Assembly: GCA_036172245.1 (NCBI GenBank)
Contig: JAYWIR010000004.1
Span: 3,968,001 to 4,032,000, forward strand
Length of the DNA: 64,000 nt
DNA from: Raillietiella orientalis
Lineage: Eukaryota
Direction: 5' to 3'
The translations under genes and the position numbers were made by a program. The notes under the pieces are model-generated. The model saw nothing but the letters and a program-made list of their open reading frames with translations. It ran no database searches and was not told where the DNA came from. The stretch's first letter is position 1, and each line of letters begins with the position of its first letter. Below, one piece after another: positions 24,562 to 38,059 of the stretch.

Positions 24562-27500
24562 TTTTTATGGGTAATTTTTCTACAAGACCATAAGGATGCT
24601 AAGAAAATTGAAACCATGGTCACATTTTTCTAAAATATTTTTTCACACGGAGCAAAACTTAAAAAAAACTCAGTCTATAATTCAATACAAATGACTCAAA
24701 CAAACAAATCACACCGTTACAGTTCGAAACACAATTTCACAGGATTTCATATGAACAGGATTACCAAATACCTTTTTCAGATCTAAAGTACATTCTGTCA
24801 AAATTTTGGTGACCCAAAATATTCTCCCACTTTCCAGAAGAAAAACAGTCTTTCAAAAGTAGAATTTCAGTTGGATACTTGAGTTCATAATTTGAGTAAA
24901 GTATATCAATCAAAATTAATCAAAATATTTATTAACCAGAAAAATTCCTCAAGAAATATATTGGCATTATTCTTTTTCAATAGGATGACATTTCAGAAAG
25001 ATCATAATACAGGAAATGCAGATAAGCATCTGTAATTAAAATAAACATGAACAATACAAGTTAGTGTTGAAATGTCTAACAACTCTGGAACCAAGTAAAT
25101 ACACGAACAATAAATTCCTTTCCAAAAAATATTCGATTAGTCATTTAAGCAAATGCTCAATGATACCGTTATATTTTAGGCAGATAGTACTGAAGATGAA
25201 AGAAAGCCGTGATAGGATCACTTTATTTTATTACACATCGCAACAACAAATCTATTGCCCTTGTTCAAAGCCACAATAGACAACTGTTAAAAGAAAACAT
25301 GTTAATATGATCGTAAATTCATTCACAGGAAAGATCAAACTCTTCCGCATTCAATTCCAATTTTTTACTATAAGAGCACTGCATCAACGATTGAGAGAAC
25401 AAATGTCTAAGAGACTAACAAATGGTTCATTAAGACTGATTGCACTTTTTTAATTGACTACTTAGTTGATTAAGAACAGATGAGTGCTCAAAACTCAGAA
25501 CTAGGACCGAACCTTGCTCTGAGTTTTTTTCTTGCTTAATCATTTGCATAACTACATTTTAAATGTTTCATAACATGAGGTCATTAATGGATTTCAAAAT
25601 AAAGAAACTACTTGAATTCATGGAATCAATGTTATATTTTCTTGTAAGAATGTAAGATATTATTACAAGCATCATAATCCAAAACTCCAACTTGCTGTCA
25701 GTTATTATTAGTGATACCTTGAGCTTATTAACAAATATTATAAGGTCACAGTTTAAGATATTGTGAATTTCTATTGAGTAGGACTCCTGTTTTCTTCAAT
25801 GTCTCCTGCATAATAATAACATTCTTGTGGCTTTTCTTGATCAAAACTAGCGGTACTTTTTGATAATAACTCTGCACATCTTTTCCATCAATTAAATATA
25901 CAGTAAATATACTTTAGAAATGGAAAAGGTCTTAAGATCTCTTGCCCACCAATGTCGAAGCAGTGATTCAAGCGTTGCTTGTGTAAACTTTAGCAGTTTC
26001 AGGTTTTTCCTTAAACAGCCAGAAACCCGTCAGTAAGATGTGGTGTTTTGGAACCTGGAAATGAGGCTAAAACAGTATCATGAAATTTTGACAGAATGAT
26101 ATCTCCCATTAGAAGAACAGTCTCCACATACGAATGAAATGCTTTCCATTGTGAATTTTTGAATGTTCCCAAATGGAGACTGTTTGCTGCTTTTCTTAAC
26201 GAAATTTTTCCTGTATAATTGCGATCCGTTCATTAAACGAGTGTTCTTTGTGGTAACAACAGAACCCTAGTTCATATTAATAAATATTATCCTATATATA
26301 ATTTTTTGGCATATTTTTTTTTTTGATTTTCACGCTGACTTTCCTGATGTGACTTTGCTGATTTGAGTCGATTATAGTATACTAACTACCAAATTTTCCA
26401 AGCAGTGCAGATATTCAAACATAATTCCAGAAAAACACAGTTTTCATTTTAAAAAAGGAGAAACATCTTTATTGGTTTTCGTATCGTGTAAGTAGTTTCC
26501 ATATTCAATTAAAGATTCATCCGTTAAATGCTGAAGATGAAGAAATTTTGTGAGAAAATACATATTCATAGGAAATATTGGAGTCATGCTGAACTTTGAG
26601 GTGAAATTTCAAGTACTGGAATAGTGATATTGATATTTTTTTCATGAACATGTATTTTAAAGTGTAACATAGAAAACACTTTTTGAAGTTATGCTTTGCA
26701 ATGAATATAGTATGCTTAATAGAATATCGGTTTTAAGATGGAAAATTCTTGTTTTTTTTTTTTTAAAAAAAAAAAATCTATTTCGTGGGACATAGTTAAC
26801 TGGCGAATACTTGAATTTCAGGAATGGTGATAGAGTAGGAAGAGTGTATGGCTTGCACTTTGGATGTTGTAGTGATATATAGATGTTTTTGTATTTATAC
26901 TTTGTGCATAGATTGAACAAGAGTATGGAAAATATTCATCAGGTTTCTGTTCTTTTCTGAAGTATAAATTTAATTTTACTTCTGTAGTAGAAGCATATTT
27001 ATTGAAATCAGTTTCAGCATTAAGAGTTCCAGGAATACAAAAATTGTTTGTGAGTCCTTTGGTTTTTAAACTTAATTTGTTCGATCATTACATGTAATTT
27101 TCTCATCTCATTTGCAGGACCTTATTAGGAACAATCAGAATATTCAATCCATATCTTAGAACGAGTCACCATCACTGTTGCATGACTTGGGAACATTTTG
27201 CGTTCGAGTTCTGATTCAAGATTTCATTTCATTCAAGAGTTATAATTACATAATTCTCGGAACAGTTCCTCTAATTATTCGAAAGCAAGGTTAAGGATGA
27301 ACAGCTAGTATGTAATTAATAAAAAATCTGTTCATGAGTCAGTCGCGACATTTTTTTTTTTTGATTAATGCAGTAGAATCCATTTTTCGGTTCTGCAGAT
27401 AATCAGTATAGAAATTCCGAGATCTTTAATGATATAATTGAAGAAAATGTTCCTCACATGTTCATCGATTCAACAGTTATTTAAAGGCGATGAGTTTTAA

Positions 27501-28499
27501 GAAATTATAAAAATTAAGGTGGCGACAAAACCATCGGTGGGAAATGTACGTCATTGATGTTGAAAACAATTTCAGCATATTTTCGGGGATTGTTTTATGA
27601 TTTTGTAATGAGCCATCAGCATATATTTATCGAACTGATCGATATTTTGGATGCTAATTTGCAATAGCGAAAATTTCTTGAAATGCAAAGTTAAAACAAT
27701 GCATTTCCACCTTGGAATGCATTAAAGAATTTTGATTCCAGCCTTGGAGCATGCCATTTCTTCGAGGGAATCAAAAAGCGTGCACCCAAAAATAATTGCT
27801 CATAATTCATCTTTTATTTTTCTGTGTGTGAATTCATACACACCAAATTTTTACGAAATTGGAAAGTGTCGCCAAGTTACACGATGTGAGTAGGATGGTT
27901 AGAATAGAATTTATTGAGCACTGCTCTTCATTGCACCGTAGTTCCGATACCTTTTTCACATGATACTCAGATGCGATTCATCTGTTTGCATCATCTGCTG
28001 TGGAAGCGCAGATCGCGCGCTGTAGTAAGCACCTTCTAGACAGGTCCAGCGACTACATCTTTTTCTTAGAAATGTATCGAGAGACTTGGAGAGAAAGAGG
28101 ATTTCAACCTTTGCATTTTCTTGCGACTTTGGTTGCTCGTCAGCACAAATCTTTGTTAATCTTTATTTATGTTCTGATCTTTATTTATTGTTGCTTGAAG
28201 ACTCGGAGTTTGCATTTTAGGATAGTTTTTTTTTTCTTTTTTTTTTACTGAAACCGCCCCCGTGACAGAAGTTCCCGATTCCCTTCCTTGGAATTGATTA
28301 GAATCCTTCCCGTTTTCTTCCGCCTTTCCTTGCAAGAGCGCATTGATTGTATTAGAAAGCAGCGGTTCCTTTGACTGCATATCCCTTTTATTTCTAACAT
28401 TTTATTTTTAGCATTTCTAACATTCTTTATTGCTTGAAGACCTGGTGAACCTTCCTACCGTACAATATAATAATAGAGATGGGCTGATGACGGGAACGG

Positions 28500-29460
28500 G
28501 TCTTGATAGGTCAGTAAGGATGAGTAAGAGTCATATGGAATATGAAATGAGTAGGATGATGGTGATGGATGTAATCAGATGTAGTGGTGGGGAGAAGATG
28601 TAGGGGTCAAATGGGGAGAAGGTGAAGTTTGTTACGATCATTTTGTTATTGAATAGTTAGCAGTGTTGGCGGATGATGGTGGTATATGGGATGATAGAAG
28701 GATAATTGTAGGACGAATGATGATGGTAAGGTGAAGGAGAAGAGGAAGTAAAGATATAGGTATTAAATATGGAATTGAATCAGTTGATTCTAGAATTTAC
28801 TGTAGTAATTATAAGTTATCGTTATTTTTTAACCAAAATTCCAATTCCAATGATTATTGCAATACAGTCGTTAGGATTGATGGAGTTAGCTAGGTATAAA
28901 TCTGTGGCTGATGCCGCAGATATTGAGATGAATTGAGTAAGGAATGTTTTAGAGATACACCAGTTATTAAGGGATACCAGTGGGAAAAACCAGAGATGCT
29001 TGCGAGTACAGCTACTGTGGATAGGTCATGTGGTGATGAGCTACAACGAAGAATGTATCATGGAGTGTGGTGTCGATGGATGAGTTGGCTAGCGTGAATC
29101 CGGTTAGTCCGTCAATGTCGAATGGGAAAATAAATCCTTTGGATTTTGGATTCACAATAGGGGGAACACTGACAGAAACTGCTGATCCGGATGGTGTACC
29201 TGATCATATGGAGATTTTGATGCCTATTCGAACAGCTGCAATTATGGTAGTAGGCTCTTGTGTCGATGCCTAATCCTACTGTGAATATGTGATGGACTCA
29301 GACCATGAATCCTAAAAGGCCGATGGCAACTAAGGCATGGATTACTCCAAGCGTACTGAAGATGTCTTTTTTTCCTCCATCGAAAAGAATGTGGTGATGT
29401 AATTCCCAAGCTTGGGAGAATGAAGATGTAGACCTCACGGTGTCTAAGGGAGCAAAAGTA
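28500..29460 (-). pseudogene. NUMT: cox1 (internal part), cox2 3' end, atp8, atp6 5' end
   Basis: Read in the invertebrate mitochondrial code. cox1 (~29460-28945): [59 protein letters not shown]. cox2 (28921-28892): ICGISHSFMP. atp8 (28775-28632): IPYLMPM...KWS*, overlapping atp6 MIVTNF.FSPFDP. Frameshifted and decayed. Confidence 0.88.
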
Positions 29461-31559
29461 CCTGCTTCGGTGGTACTTATACTAAGCTCTTGAGTTGATC
29501 GATGCTCTTCTCGTATCTGATTTTCACAAGTTGAGTGCGTTATCATTTCCAAAGATTTCTCATTCGTCCCGTGTTGATTCAGAGACAGAAACTCTTGCTT
29601 TGCTTTAATATTAGTTCATGGTTCGTTTGCTTTTAGTATTGGGATAATCCCATAGCCTTTGCTTTGCCAGCAATATCCAAGATCAGGAGTTAGTATAAGA
29701 ACTGTCTTGCTGGGAAGTATTTCGCAACCACCAAGAAAGCATTCCTTTTCTGGTTCTATGTCTCTTGTCCTTGTTTTTTTGTGTGTGTTCTTAGCAGGAA
29801 TGCTTTTCCTAAATCAATAAGACCGATTCCTGCAATCTCAGGAAGGCATCTCGCTTGCGTCACAGTCTTTCGTCACGAGTTAGTCTTTCCTAATTCTCTT
29901 TTCAAAAGCTGTTACATCCATTGGTGGATAACCGAAAAAGCCCACTGATCACGGAAAATGGCTTCCAGGGAGAACAAGGGTGAGAAGCACTCAAGAATTT
30001 GTTTCTGAGGACTCAGCAGGTGCTCGAAGCAAACGGAGGAAAGCTTACTGCGGTGCCGTGCTTCCATCCTGCGAGTGTAAATCTAAGGAAAGGAACTCTG
30101 CCTCCATCTGCAAATAGGTGCTGCCAACTAGGTACCAATAGAGATTCCTGAGTGTGTTCTGTGGGCACGATGGCAGAGTATGGTGCTTGTGCTCATTTGC
30201 TTCGGTCGGATGTGAGAGCAAAATTGTGGCGGCTGGCAGAGCTCCGCAGCTCCGAAAGGATCCACAGAGAAAGAGAAGAGAGAAAGAAAAACGGCTGCTC
30301 TGCACTGTTCCCTCGTTGCGGTGCTTACACTACTTACTGTACACTTTCCCCAGTCTGACTAATGGTAGGGTAGTTTATTCCACACACAAAAAAGGGTACA
30401 GCGTAAATCAGAGTAACTCTGAAGATTTCATCCCATATCCTTTTTCCCCCCTTTTGGAACCTTTTTGCAGAGCGTACATCTCTTCTTTCGCACGTCCGTT
30501 TCCATGTTCGAGGAATCCTGTCTAGTCCTCGCCTTCCATCTTGCTATCGCTTCATGAGAAAGTCAGAAGTTCTCTGTTCTTCTCTGCCCCTCTGTTCGTT
30601 TGATGGTTTGCCGTCGTGAAGAGGGTCGAGAGTTTTCCATCAAAAGTCACCCTTCGCTTCAGTTCTCACCCAAGTTTCTCGCACTTTTCAAAGACGACTC
30701 GTCTTCTGTTGACGGGTGCTTCTTGCTCTTCGTTCTGGAGTGCCTTCGGAAGCTCAATCCAGAGACGTTTCGTAGCTGCTTCTGTGATGATGGCTCAGTT
30801 TTTTGTTTTTCTTCTTCTGTGGACCTTTCCTAGCTTTTACGTGTTGCTGCGACTTTCATCCTAAACCATGTTCAAATTTCTCCTCCCTGAGTTCCCACCC
30901 CCGTTGCTGGGACATTTCCTCTGAACTCGGCCATTCTGCTTCCCTGTTTCCCGTCTCGGAATCCCTTTCGATAGCACGTTATTATGCATTGTCTCCTCTT
31001 TTTTGCTGCTTGATGAAGAACTGCCACTGCAGTTCCGGTCAGGCATCGTGCTTCTGGCATTTCCGATTAGTGTGCCCTGCCTCTCTAGGGCTTGGGGCAC
31101 TGGAAAGCCAGATGTCCTCGCTGTTTTCATTTGTTGTGAGTTCCTTTCGTACAACGAAAGTGTCCTGTGTTCAAACATCATGAACACTCTGTAGAGGTCT
31201 GGCTGGCATGACTTAGACGCGTGGTGACCAGTTTGTTCAGGTCCAATCACGCACTGTAATCCCGCTGCAGATAGCCGCCGATGGCTAGCTGAGTGTCGCC
31301 TCCATTTTGATTGCTAAGTTCCGGCATTTAATTGCCATGCCAAGCATGTCTTGCACCACCAGTGGAAGGTATATTTAGCGATCCAATTAAGGAATCTGAA
31401 ATAACTGGTAGCTGGAATCCCCAGTCGCTGTGCCGAGTACATCCTCGGAATCTATCGATCCGAAGAGCAAAATGTAACCTCACCCCAACATCCCTTTCTT
31501 ACTTTCTCATGCTGACTGCTTTGTGATTCGACCTGCAAACCACTCCTAACAGCATCACC

Positions 31560-31910
31560 ATCAGCATTGCATTTACTTCATCCGAACATCGCGCTCAGTA
31601 CACGAGCATTTTCTTCTTGTGATCACCTCGCAAAAATGGAAAACTCACGAGATGCGTAACTGTAGCAGCACAGATAATCCCCCCGTGAGCAGGAATTCTG
31701 GCCCCCCGCACCCCATTCCTTGCAAATCTCGCCTTCCTTCATTTACACGAATTTCTAACCCTGCGCACAATCACATTTGCGCACTACAGTGACTCGAACG
31801 CAGCAAGCATCAACATCTTGCAAATGCACGTCATTCCCAACTGAATTGATGAAGAGTCAAGTGTTTCTCACCAACTTTATCCCGCACCGTCACCTTGCCT
31901 GGATGAACCA
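31560..31910 (+). pseudogene. Possible highly decayed cox3 NUMT fragment
   Basis: Ordered weak motifs ISIAFTSSE, FFLWS, GILAPRTPFLAN, TITFAHYS and NFIPHRHLAW resemble GMILFITSE, FFWA, IPLLN, VTWAHHS and F..HH. Confidence 0.3.
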
Positions 31911-32899
31911 CAGTCAGCACCCCATTCTCTCCAGTCCGACTAGAAGTGGAGATGAAACCAGAAACGAAACAAACAAGAACTCCCATTCCGATTCTCTTTC
32001 CTCCTTTTGAGTCTCTGGTGGGGAGAGTACGCCTCCTCTTTCCCGAACTCTTCGCTTCTGATATCCCAGTTCGCTTGTGAGTCTCCGCGCCCGGAATTGC
32101 TTTGTCTTTGCTCTTGCACCGTGCGGTCTCCCACCCTACATATCCTCTCAAGACGTTGTACATTAGCTCTTTGCCCTTCGCGTCCTGGCAGTTTTGCAAC
32201 GACACGCTGAACGTGCACGATATGCCTGATTCCCTTAAGCACTTCAACCAGGTCTTCAAGAAGCATTCGCTCCCTGAATAACACCCCAATCCCTCTGAGT
32301 CTCTGTTGTTTCCGGAGTTTAGAGAAGCACCCTCACGATGCCCTGGAGTTTTGTCTTCCCCCGAAAGGATGAGCAGCAGCTTTCCATGGGGTTGAGGCTC
32401 AACCCTAGGCTTTATGGATCACAGGCAACTTCTACTGTTTCTGGGAGAGATCAGATCGTCTTCTGGAAAGGGCAGTATGATCCTCTTCCTGTCCCTCCTC
32501 CAATGTGCTTCGTTTTGTAGTAGCTGACTTCTTTCGGACCCAGTTTTCAGAAAGGTGGAGAGAGAAATTTGTACCATAACGCGTGGTTTCTTGTGACATC
32601 AATCGCTTCTGCAGTCGTGCCATTGCTTGCTATTCTAGCATTCTTTTTTATGGTGTTTTTTCTGCTCCACAGAAGTAGCACCTATAGCGCCTGGAACTAG
32701 ATGTTCCTTCTTGCTCCATTTGTTGCAAGAAGCTTTTGGGTGGGGACGGTACCCATGGTCGAACACCATGCCAAAAGTGAGGTGGTGTCAGTGTGTGACT
32801 TGAACGTACGGAAACGAATCGTCAGTGCCAACGAGTGTAGAGTTTTTCCATGTTCTTTACAATAGTAGTCTTCACGAACGCCTTCCCCCGTCACTGACA

Positions 32900-34330
32900 A
32901 CATTCCTTATGACGACTTTCTCGACTTAGCCGTACCCGGTGAAGTTCTTCTAGAATGTCTTCTGGGATGTGACGGGACTTAAACTGCACTGCCGTACAGT
33001 ATCGCAGCACCCTCGCTTATCCCCTTGAGCAACCTTAGATTGGGGTTAATGCTCTTTCGAGAGGGTCACCAACCACCTCGTCGCATGTTTGAGCACAAAG
33101 AACCTGTCCGTGAATGGCACGATAGTCTACTTTTGCAAAAGTGCATGCTTTGCTTGTTCAGTGCTGGGTAAACGTCCCACTGCACGATTCCGGATGGTCC
33201 CACTCGAAAATGCCAGTTTGAACCTTGGGCTTCACTTTCCCCATTGGCTCACTTACGTTGCGAATTTCCAAGATGGAGGACTTCAGCGCTGCGCAGTCGA
33301 AGCATTAGCTAGTGACGTGACACTTTCTTCGTTGGTGCCACCGCTTTTGCCGGCTGGAGGCCACTTACGTCTTTGTGGGCACTGTCACCTCTTAACGTGG
33401 ACACGGATGGACCCTGGCTGACAGTTCTCTCAGTTGTGAGGTGTGAATCCATTTCTCCAAAACTGTTTCCATAGATCCGGCGAAGTCCTCCACACTGAAC
33501 AGCATTTCCCACTGTTCGCCGCACTGGGTTGGGGAGGGACTTATGGGAACACTTGTAGCAGGCGTTTACTTTGTACCCGTACTGCAAAAGCCCAAGCAAA
33601 CATTTTATTGTCGTCTTATCCTAAAAAGTGTGCTTCTGAGCAACCCACGCTCGGGGTGATCGCAGAAGCCAGTCTAACTGCAGTGCTGTGGTCACTCATC
33701 TTGAGTACCATCGCCTCGAAGCCAGCATAAGCATCGGCATACCAGTAATTCCAGCTTCCTTAATCGGATCGCTAAATGCATCTTTTACAGCGTAATGTCT
33801 GTGCTACCAGTGCCTCGGGGTATTCAAGGAAGCAGAATGGGCATTCCCGAACGGGAGCATCCGACAGCCCGTCAAGAAATGTGCCAGCTTATGAAACAGG
33901 GTGGAGAACCAGTACGTGCACGCCACAGATCTGTGGGATATCTCGGCCTGCCTAAATTACATGGCGACGATGGCAACTTCTCTGTAGGTAGCCGCTCAAG
34001 CTCATCGGAGAAAGACCAAGAAAAGGCCATGTCCTGCTTTGTGCAGCATCGGACCTTGGGATGTTTCCTGTTCAACGGAGAACACCTCCCATTCGCGAGT
34101 TATCCATTAGGCTCGCTTGTGCGGTGGTCGTCCATCAGGGGCTGCGCTGTTTCTTGGCTCAGAAGACACGGAAGATGTGCAGCAGGCCACATCATTAACA
34201 CATGAGTCGCAAATCAAAGCAGGATTAGAGGGTACGGAGAGCCGGTCGGAGGGATTAGAAATTCCGAAGAAACAAAAGGAGCATGTAAGAAAAGAGATCC
34301 AGCGTTCCTGGCAGACAACATTGGAAGCAA
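32900..34330 (+). mobile_element. Decayed non-LTR ORF2 fragment
   Basis: ALASDVTL (YADD-like) and GYLGLPKL (GGLGLP-like) occur in the expected order. Confidence 0.35.
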
Positions 34331-36419
34331 CGGATGGACCTCCGCCTGTATTGGAAGAATCCTCAACAAGGACAGCTCGCCAAACCGATTATTCGATCTC
34401 TGTGTAAGCAAACTACACAATAAGAGGGGAAAAAATGTTTTAAAAACTCCATCTGCTCTCTTCCTGGCAAATTAAAATTTCACGATCCACATTATCGTAT
34501 TAATTATGCCTTAAACAAGCGAAATTTGAACACTCGTCACAAAACTCAGGGAAATTCTCTGCAGCATCTACTAATCTTAGCAGCCACCTATTCTCGATGT
34601 ATAACAATGTTAGCCATAATTTAAAACCAGAAATCAGGAACGATGAATTTGACGAACAAAGACTCAAGACCGCAGACTCAAGACCTTATAATGAACAAGA
34701 CCTCAGCAGGTAAGAAGCCTCTTCGACTTGTTTCTGTTTTTCGAATAAACTTTTTCTTTTCCGACTCCCTTGAACGGTTCTTCTAGGTTATCAGTTGTGC
34801 TATCACGAAGTCCTTGAGAATATACGTTCCATGTTTACCGGCATACGGTTGTCGTTGAGCATGCCTGTTTTGTTCTCTTGCTTCAACACGCCTCCTGAAG
34901 AGCGCTTGTTGCCATAGGAGACGTAGAAGAGGGTGCTTCTGCTTGAAAGGAAGGAAGAGGTGGGAAGGAATTCATTATCGTCTAGTTCGATTTTGCAATC
35001 TGGGAGTCCTCTTTTTTTTTTCACCATCAAATGGTGAATGCTTATAGAAAGAGTTTCTGAAGAGGGCATACAGAGGGCATTCACAGCTTTCAAGGTTTCC
35101 GCAATCTCGCAATTGTAGAAGATCATGATTTTTCTGCTTGTAAGTTGCTTACATTTGGCAACTCTTGCTGTGGTTCCAGTACATCTTCCAGGAGTGTTTC
35201 TGCACAGATTCTCCTTTTTAATGTTCCTCTCGACTCGCCTCCTTTTGATTTTAAGTTCTCTTTTGCTGCCGCAACAGTCGCAAGCTACTAGGACCCTCAT
35301 CTTCTTGCTGATGAATGCAGGCACTCTTCCGCCGGAGAAGTGCGGAGCCGTACTCCCGCATTTGCGCCCTGTTCTCTTCCTGGAGTCTTTTAAAGTTCAG
35401 GAATAGCCCTCGACGGGGCCTCCCCAAACGCGAAGTGGGATTCCTCATCCGGCACCTTGCAGGAGTGGCTCGGACTTCAGGCCGGAATCCGCTCCGGGAA
35501 TGCGCGGATTGAATGAGTGGGCTGGAAGCCATTAGCACCCCTGCTGTCATCCTTGGAAGTTTGCTCGCGTATTCGTCGGGAAGATGTCATGTCCCTCGAA
35601 AAGAAAGTGGCTGGAGGCATGGTGTTGACCAACGCACGGCGCACCCTGATCGGGGGTGGGGGTTCTATCGGGGCAGCGCGTGCATCTTTGCGCTGGACGC
35701 TACGTGGTACAGCTGCAAGTTTCCTCCTCAGGCACCTACGGAAAGTCCGGTGACCGGTGGGTATCCTGCGCTGTCCATAGTCGCGGATCCAGCTTGCCTT
35801 CCGTCGGGCAGAAGCCTGCGTCTTGCTGCGGTCCACAAGTATCCCACACCACCGCTGGCACGGATGGAGTTGATCCCGACTTCCATCCGTCCGATGCTCC
35901 ATCCAACGGTGCTGTTCGGATTTTCCTTTTGACCATCATTTTCGGTGAAATGGTGGTCAAAATCCGGATCAGCGGGTTGCTTCCAGCAATACGGGAATTC
36001 TGAAGACTACATCGGCCAAGGACGGGGAGGCACTAGGAAATCGGATATATTGGAAACTCTTGGTATCATAGAAGACTTGCACAAAGCTGCGTCGGCCTCT
36101 TCTGGAGCTCCTGGGGAGCTTGGAGTTGCTTGGAGTCTTTCCAACCTATCTGCTCTCTAGTCTGCGCAACGCGTCCATCAGTGTTTTCTTTCAGAGGCCA
36201 GCACGTGTACGGATGCTGGTGCAGGAGCAGCGTGACGTAGGGAGGCGACTCGAACCACCTGCTTTTCAGGACCTGTCTCGTGTTTGTGCTGAGGACTTAC
36301 TGAGAAACCCTGGAGACCCTTGCTGCGGGTTATGCGCCGGCGCGCATGCTCGCATATCCACCTCATCGGCTGTACTCAGGGGATTCCTCGAGTTGATCCG
36401 TTGGAAGTCGTCAGCGGGA

Positions 36420-37920
36420 CGGGGAGCGCTTATTGTAAAATATAAATCACAAATACACAATCAGTATACATAAAATAAAATCATTCCTTCGCAGTTGGGT
36501 TTCAAATCCGACTACGTCGCTACGAGTCTAGGTGGCGTTTCTGATCGCAAACAGACTGCCCAGAGAGGTCCACTCACAGAAGAGGGGGAAAAAGGGAGCA
36601 AGGGAGCAAAAAAGAAAGCAAAAAATCGTGTAAAAAAATATAGAGGGGAGCAAAGGAAGGATCGCGATATCTTTCCTGGTGTCCTCAGCATCCCGTCCAG
36701 GGTCCAGGCAAGTTCCTCCTGGTAGCGTGAAGGGTGCGACCATCTTGTCGTCATCTTCAGGAGGAAGAACATGCGACGTGGACGGCGTCCCTATCGATTT
36801 GTCCCCTTCCGTTGCAGCTTCTCGCCGTCCCCGCGACCACGTGGAGGCAGCACAAAAGCTTCAGTCGCCTCGGCAGGAGACACTGCGTCACGCATGAGGA
36901 AGCGGGTTGTCCTTGGAAAATTACAGGGTCGTGGTGAGACGTTTCCATCCCCTCCGGAGGGCAGCATATTCATTCCACGGGCGAGAGGAGGCTTCCGTTT
37001 CACTGCAGCCAGGGGACGCTCTTCCCCTGGTCCAGCGGTGCAGGACTCGGCATTTCCGCGCTTGAGATGGAGCTACGGCTCCAGTTTAAAATGATGGCCT
37101 TGATGGCCGGGAACCCCAAGTGGCGTTGGTGCCTTCCTGTGCGCGAAACCCTGAGGCTCGCGATCAGTCTCGAGGGAATGGCGTCGTTGCCACCTCGCAA
37201 CGCGCTGCGGGTTCCAGTCCCCTCGTAAACGATCGACGCCGAGGATGGGTGCGTCGTGAGTTTCGAGTCCGTCCGTCCTCTCCCCACCTCCGCAGGATGA
37301 CGCTGGCTGGTCCCGCGGGCTTTGGGTGGGATACCGCGCTCTCGCGTTGGAAACCGTCTATCCCCCGTTGACTGCTTGGGATTGGAAGCTGACCCTCCGG
37401 GATCCTTCCAGGAATCATGGAGCCTATTCCCTTCGGAGTTCCCCTCCGGTTGTGAAATGAGGAGGTTTCCCCCACTCTGAACCCTCCATCGCGTACCATG
37501 GACCTGGTTGGTGCCCCCCTCAGGGGGTTGCCTCTCCACAGTTTAGGAAGCGCAAGGAAGATGAAAAGAGAAGATGGGAACTGTCCCTTGCAAGGTTCTC
37601 TTCGGAAAAGGAAACGAGAAGTGGATCCATTCCGGGGAGTTCCTCTTGAGAAGAAATGAGAAATGTCCCCTCCGGAAGGTCCATTCGGAGAGAAGAAGGA
37701 AGAGGTTCGGAGGCAACCAGGACACGAGGGTTCCCTACCAAGTCTACGAGGTAGGCACTCCTTCCTCCGGAACCTTCCTGGATTCATAGGGTGATCCCTC
37801 CGAGGATACTCCTATAACCTGAAGAGTTACACGCACACGAGGGTGGCGTGGACAATGCCAAAGACCTTCGTGCCCCCCTCACCCTTTCAAGGAGGCGAAT
37901 GTCTCTTCAGCACTAGGCGA
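36420..37920 (-). mobile_element. 5'-truncated decayed Tx1/L1-like LINE
   Basis: 37730-37915 is nucleotide-similar to 53180-53355. It ends in a T-rich tail and a degenerate AATAA-hairpin terminus near 36420. Confidence 0.55.
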
Positions 37921-38014
37921 ACCAAGAAAAAAAGAAAACCCGAAAAAAAAAAAATTGGAAGGAAAGCAGAGGAAACAAAAGTACCCAAAAGGATTCCCAT
38001 CATCATGATGGAAC

Positions 38015-38044
38015 CTTGATCTTAGCCAAAAGGCCGAGAAGCGA
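38015..38044 (-). pseudogene. U2 snRNA 5' fragment (30 nt)
   Basis: Minus strand TCGCTTCTCGGCCTTTTGGCTAAGATCAAG equals nt 2-31 of the conserved metazoan U2. The rest of U2 is absent. Confidence 0.9.
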
Positions 38045-38059
38045 GCAACATTCATTAAG

